This document shows, piece by piece, positions 61,717 through 64,000 of a stretch of DNA of 64,000 nucleotides. The DNA is from a virus. Its lineage: Duplodnaviria > Heunggongvirae > Uroviricota > Caudoviricetes. Position 1 is the first letter of the stretch. Every line of letters starts with the position of its first letter. The notes below the pieces were generated by a model. That model worked only from the letters and a program-made list of their open reading frames with translations. It had not been told where the DNA came from and made no database searches. The stretch lies in IMG/VR virus record IMGVR_UViG_3300032167_005013; one strand, 5' to 3'. The position numbers were made by a program, and so were the translations under genes.

Positions 61717-62877
61717 TTAATTCTGTTTTACAACCCAAAGGCTATGATATTCATTATGTTCAGGAAATTCAAAATTCTGAACCATATTGTAAAATACATT
61801 CTCAGGTATCTGTCCCTTACGTCTCTTGATATTATCCTTAAACGTAGGTGCCTCAATATACCAATAGTTCCAACGGATTTTCTTTCCTCCTAAGAAACCT
61901 TTCAATTCCTTTCTTCTCTTGGCAGATAGATTAATGTTATTCAATATAACAGGACGATTATTTTCTATTGCCTCAAGAAGCCTTTCATTAAAAATCTTGG
62001 TAACTTTATTCTCCTGTTTGTTTGTTCCAACAATCTTTTCATCTGCAGAACAATAACCCAATTCCACCCTGATATCATCTCTTGACAACACCACAGGGTT
62101 ATCCATCTTATGAATGAGTGTATTCTCAATGAAAGTATTCTTGCCTGACCCAGGAAGCCCAATCATCACATTGACCTCAACGGCATCGTCAGCAAATTTA
62201 GGAAGACTACCACTGCAACCGTAAGGACTTTCACCAATCTTGAACATATTCAGCCATGAAATGTTGTTCAATTCTTCACCGATGATTAGGAATCTTTCAA
62301 GAATCTTCTTGTCTTCCTCTTTAGTAGAACAACTTGGTTTCTGAATTGCACCCTCAAGGTCACACATCTTCAGCCTGTATATATCATAATAAGGGAGAGT
62401 TTTTGTAATTTTATCAACAACATCCCTTGGCTTCTTGGCTTTTTCGAAGAAGAGAGGCTCCATATGCCACTTAACCATATGAACAATATACTCACGGTCA
62501 TAAAGAGGCCAATCCCACAGCATTTCACGTGCAAGTTTTGAACCTACATTTTCATGACCATAAGAGTGCCAATTACCATCTTTTTCTCCCTTGAAAGTCG
62601 TCTTAGGCTTTCCAACATCATGGAAAAGTGCTGAGAGCATAAAAAGTCTCTTCTCGTGAAGGTTCTTCTCAGTATCTTCTTCCATAAATCCCAAAGCATG
62701 CTTGCACACAAGACGGGTATGTTCCAATGTATTTCCCTCACTATGCCAACGAGGATTCTGCATAGTATTCTCCATATCTCTAAAATGTGGAAGTTTCAAA
62801 ATGAAATCCCAATTCAAGTTCAAAGTATTATCAATAAAAAAATCTTCAAGTACCATATTATTCTTTTCCAAATACAT
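61717..62877 (-). CDS. HD phosphohydrolase + P-loop polynucleotide kinase fusion (HD-Pnk-like)
   Basis: WHSEG...H...FHDVGK...GHE; GLPGSGKN; LSRDDIR. Confidence 0.8.
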   Translation of the reverse strand: MYLEKNNMVLEDFFIDNTLNLNWDFILKLPHFRDMENTMQNPRWHSEGNTLEHTRLVCKHALGFMEEDTEKNLHEKRLFMLSALFHDVGKPKTTFKGEKDGNWHSYGHENVGSKLAREMLWDWPLYDREYIVHMVKWHMEPLFFEKAKKPRDVVDKITKTLPYYDIYRLKMCDLEGAIQKPSCSTKEEDKKILERFLIIGEELNNISWLNMFKIGESPYGCSGSLPKFADDAVEVNVMIGLPGSGKNTFIENTLIHKMDNPVVLSRDDIRVELGYCSADEKIVGTNKQENKVTKIFNERLLEAIENNRPVILNNINLSAKRRKELKGFLGGKKIRWNYWYIEAPTFKDNIKRRKGQIPENVFYNMVQNFEFPEHNEYHSLWVVKQN

Positions 62878-63346
62878 GTTCTATTACATTAATATTCTTG
62901 ATTTTCTCAAGTTCTTTCTCTTTCTTCTCAATAGAATTGCGCATAGATATTATGTTTCGTTCAATTTCGCTGACATATTCGTCAGTGGCAATTTCCACCC
63001 ACTTCCTCAAAAACTCATTACGGTCTTTAAACCACTCCAATGGAATATATACATAATATCCAAAAGGAGATACGTAATTTATATGGATATAATCACCATT
63101 TACACCACTTTGAAAATCTGCACAATCAATCTTTTTAATGTCATCCCTATTATCAACAATTCTTCCAATAAGTTGCCAACCAATTGTATCTATTTTAAAT
63201 GGGACAGCCCTTGCTAATTTCCAATAATCGGCAGAATAATCAGCAAGTATGTCTTTCCAAAAATCCTGATATATGTCAGAATCTTTAGGCTCTGACATAT
63301 ACTTTTCAAGTACCTTTTCTTCAATCTTATTCCACATTTTTTTCAT
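62858..63346 (-). CDS. Hypothetical protein
   Basis: ORF. Confidence 0.6.
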   Translation of the reverse strand: MKKMWNKIEEKVLEKYMSEPKDSDIYQDFWKDILADYSADYWKLARAVPFKIDTIGWQLIGRIVDNRDDIKKIDCADFQSGVNGDYIHINYVSPFGYYVYIPLEWFKDRNEFLRKWVEIATDEYVSEIERNIISMRNSIEKKEKELEKIKNINVIEHVFGKE

Positions 63347-63349
63347 TTT

Positions 63350-63805
63350 TTAGTCAACCAGATTTTCTTTTAAAGGGTCATTATTCCTAACATACTGAGC
63401 AATTTTTATCTCATAATCAGTGAGTTTGAAATCTGTCTTGTCATGCAACCACATAGCATAATGAGGTTCTGTATTGATAATTTCCCAAACAGTTCTTCCT
63501 TGATGTTTCCCAAATGGAATGCATCTGCAAATATCTACACCCTCATTCTTGGCTTTAATTTCATCCGACAGTTTATTGATAACCATCATTGCTTTCTCAA
63601 GCATCTCTTGTGCTCTGTTAAAAGGCATCCGCAAAAGATTATCAGTTGTTAAGCACACGATTTTCTGAGGTGCGATTCCGTAAATATCCTCAAAATCCTT
63701 TTGCCTTTTTCTGTGAGTTTCCAATCTCCTCTCGGCTTCCCTCGCCCATCTTGCACGTTCTTTTTCCTCAAACTCTTGATAGAGTTTCATATCACCTAAG
63801 TTCAT
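63350..63805 (-). CDS. Hypothetical protein with C-terminal PFGKH.G module
   Basis: IPFGKHQGRTVWEI...Y.MWL. Confidence 0.6.
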   Translation of the reverse strand: MNLGDMKLYQEFEEKERARWAREAERRLETHRKRQKDFEDIYGIAPQKIVCLTTDNLLRMPFNRAQEMLEKAMMVINKLSDEIKAKNEGVDICRCIPFGKHQGRTVWEIINTEPHYAMWLHDKTDFKLTDYEIKIAQYVRNNDPLKENLVD

Positions 63806-64000
63806 AAAATTTTCTATTTAAAAATTAACAACCTAATTCAATACAAATATCGTGCCAAACTATCTGAAATTGATATCATCTAACGCTCTTTCAAGTCTAT
63901 TTATTGCATTTTCAATATTATCTTTGATATTGTCAAATGTCCGGTCATCATCTTCTTTAGATTTTTCTGATGCTTCAATTTTTTCCCACATAGATTCCAA

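Noticed and set aside
5388-63652. Numerous + strand ORFs antisense to minus-strand genes
   Set aside because: They fully overlap better-supported genes and have the I/F/S/L-rich composition typical of antisense shadows.
1-64000. Stop-codon reassignment (TAG to Gln) as in some gut megaphages
   Set aside because: Conserved genes are full length in code 11, several end at TAG (e.g. thyX, rfbB), and no suppressor tRNA is seen in the window.

Overview
AT-rich, gene-dense segment of what looks like a large (jumbo-type) dsDNA phage infecting a Bacteroidota host. The host call rests on TTTG-N20-TAnnTTTG promoters, A-rich ribosome-binding regions without Shine-Dalgarno and a TonB-receptor fragment. 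ORFs read intact in code 11. Positions 1-3.7 kb are a + strand tRNA array with an embedded HNH gene. The rest is mostly minus-strand small genes for nucleotide, NAD and RNA-repair functions: thyX, dut, pncA, pncB, pnuC, NUDIX, macro, NADAR, RNA ligase, HD-Pnk-like and Thg1-like. It also holds rfbA/rfbB split by an IS607 element, six HExxH metallopeptidase-like paralogues and a second RNA island at 40.4-41.6 kb. The most unusual signals concern translation: (1) a 29-codon leader peptide with attenuator geometry in front of the main run of tRNAs, whose residues 3-17 use exactly the ten non-Met amino acids of the downstream tRNAs, suggesting a tRNA-depletion sensor; (2) two tRNAs (Tyr, Gln) interrupted by 76-78 nt anticodon-loop inserts of shared architecture; (3) a free-standing mimic of the 23S rRNA L11-binding (GTPase-associated) domain; (4) several non-canonical tRNA-like RNAs; (5) at least 11 near-perfect sigma54-type -24/-12 promoter motifs. 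All calls were made by eye; no database search or folding program was run.
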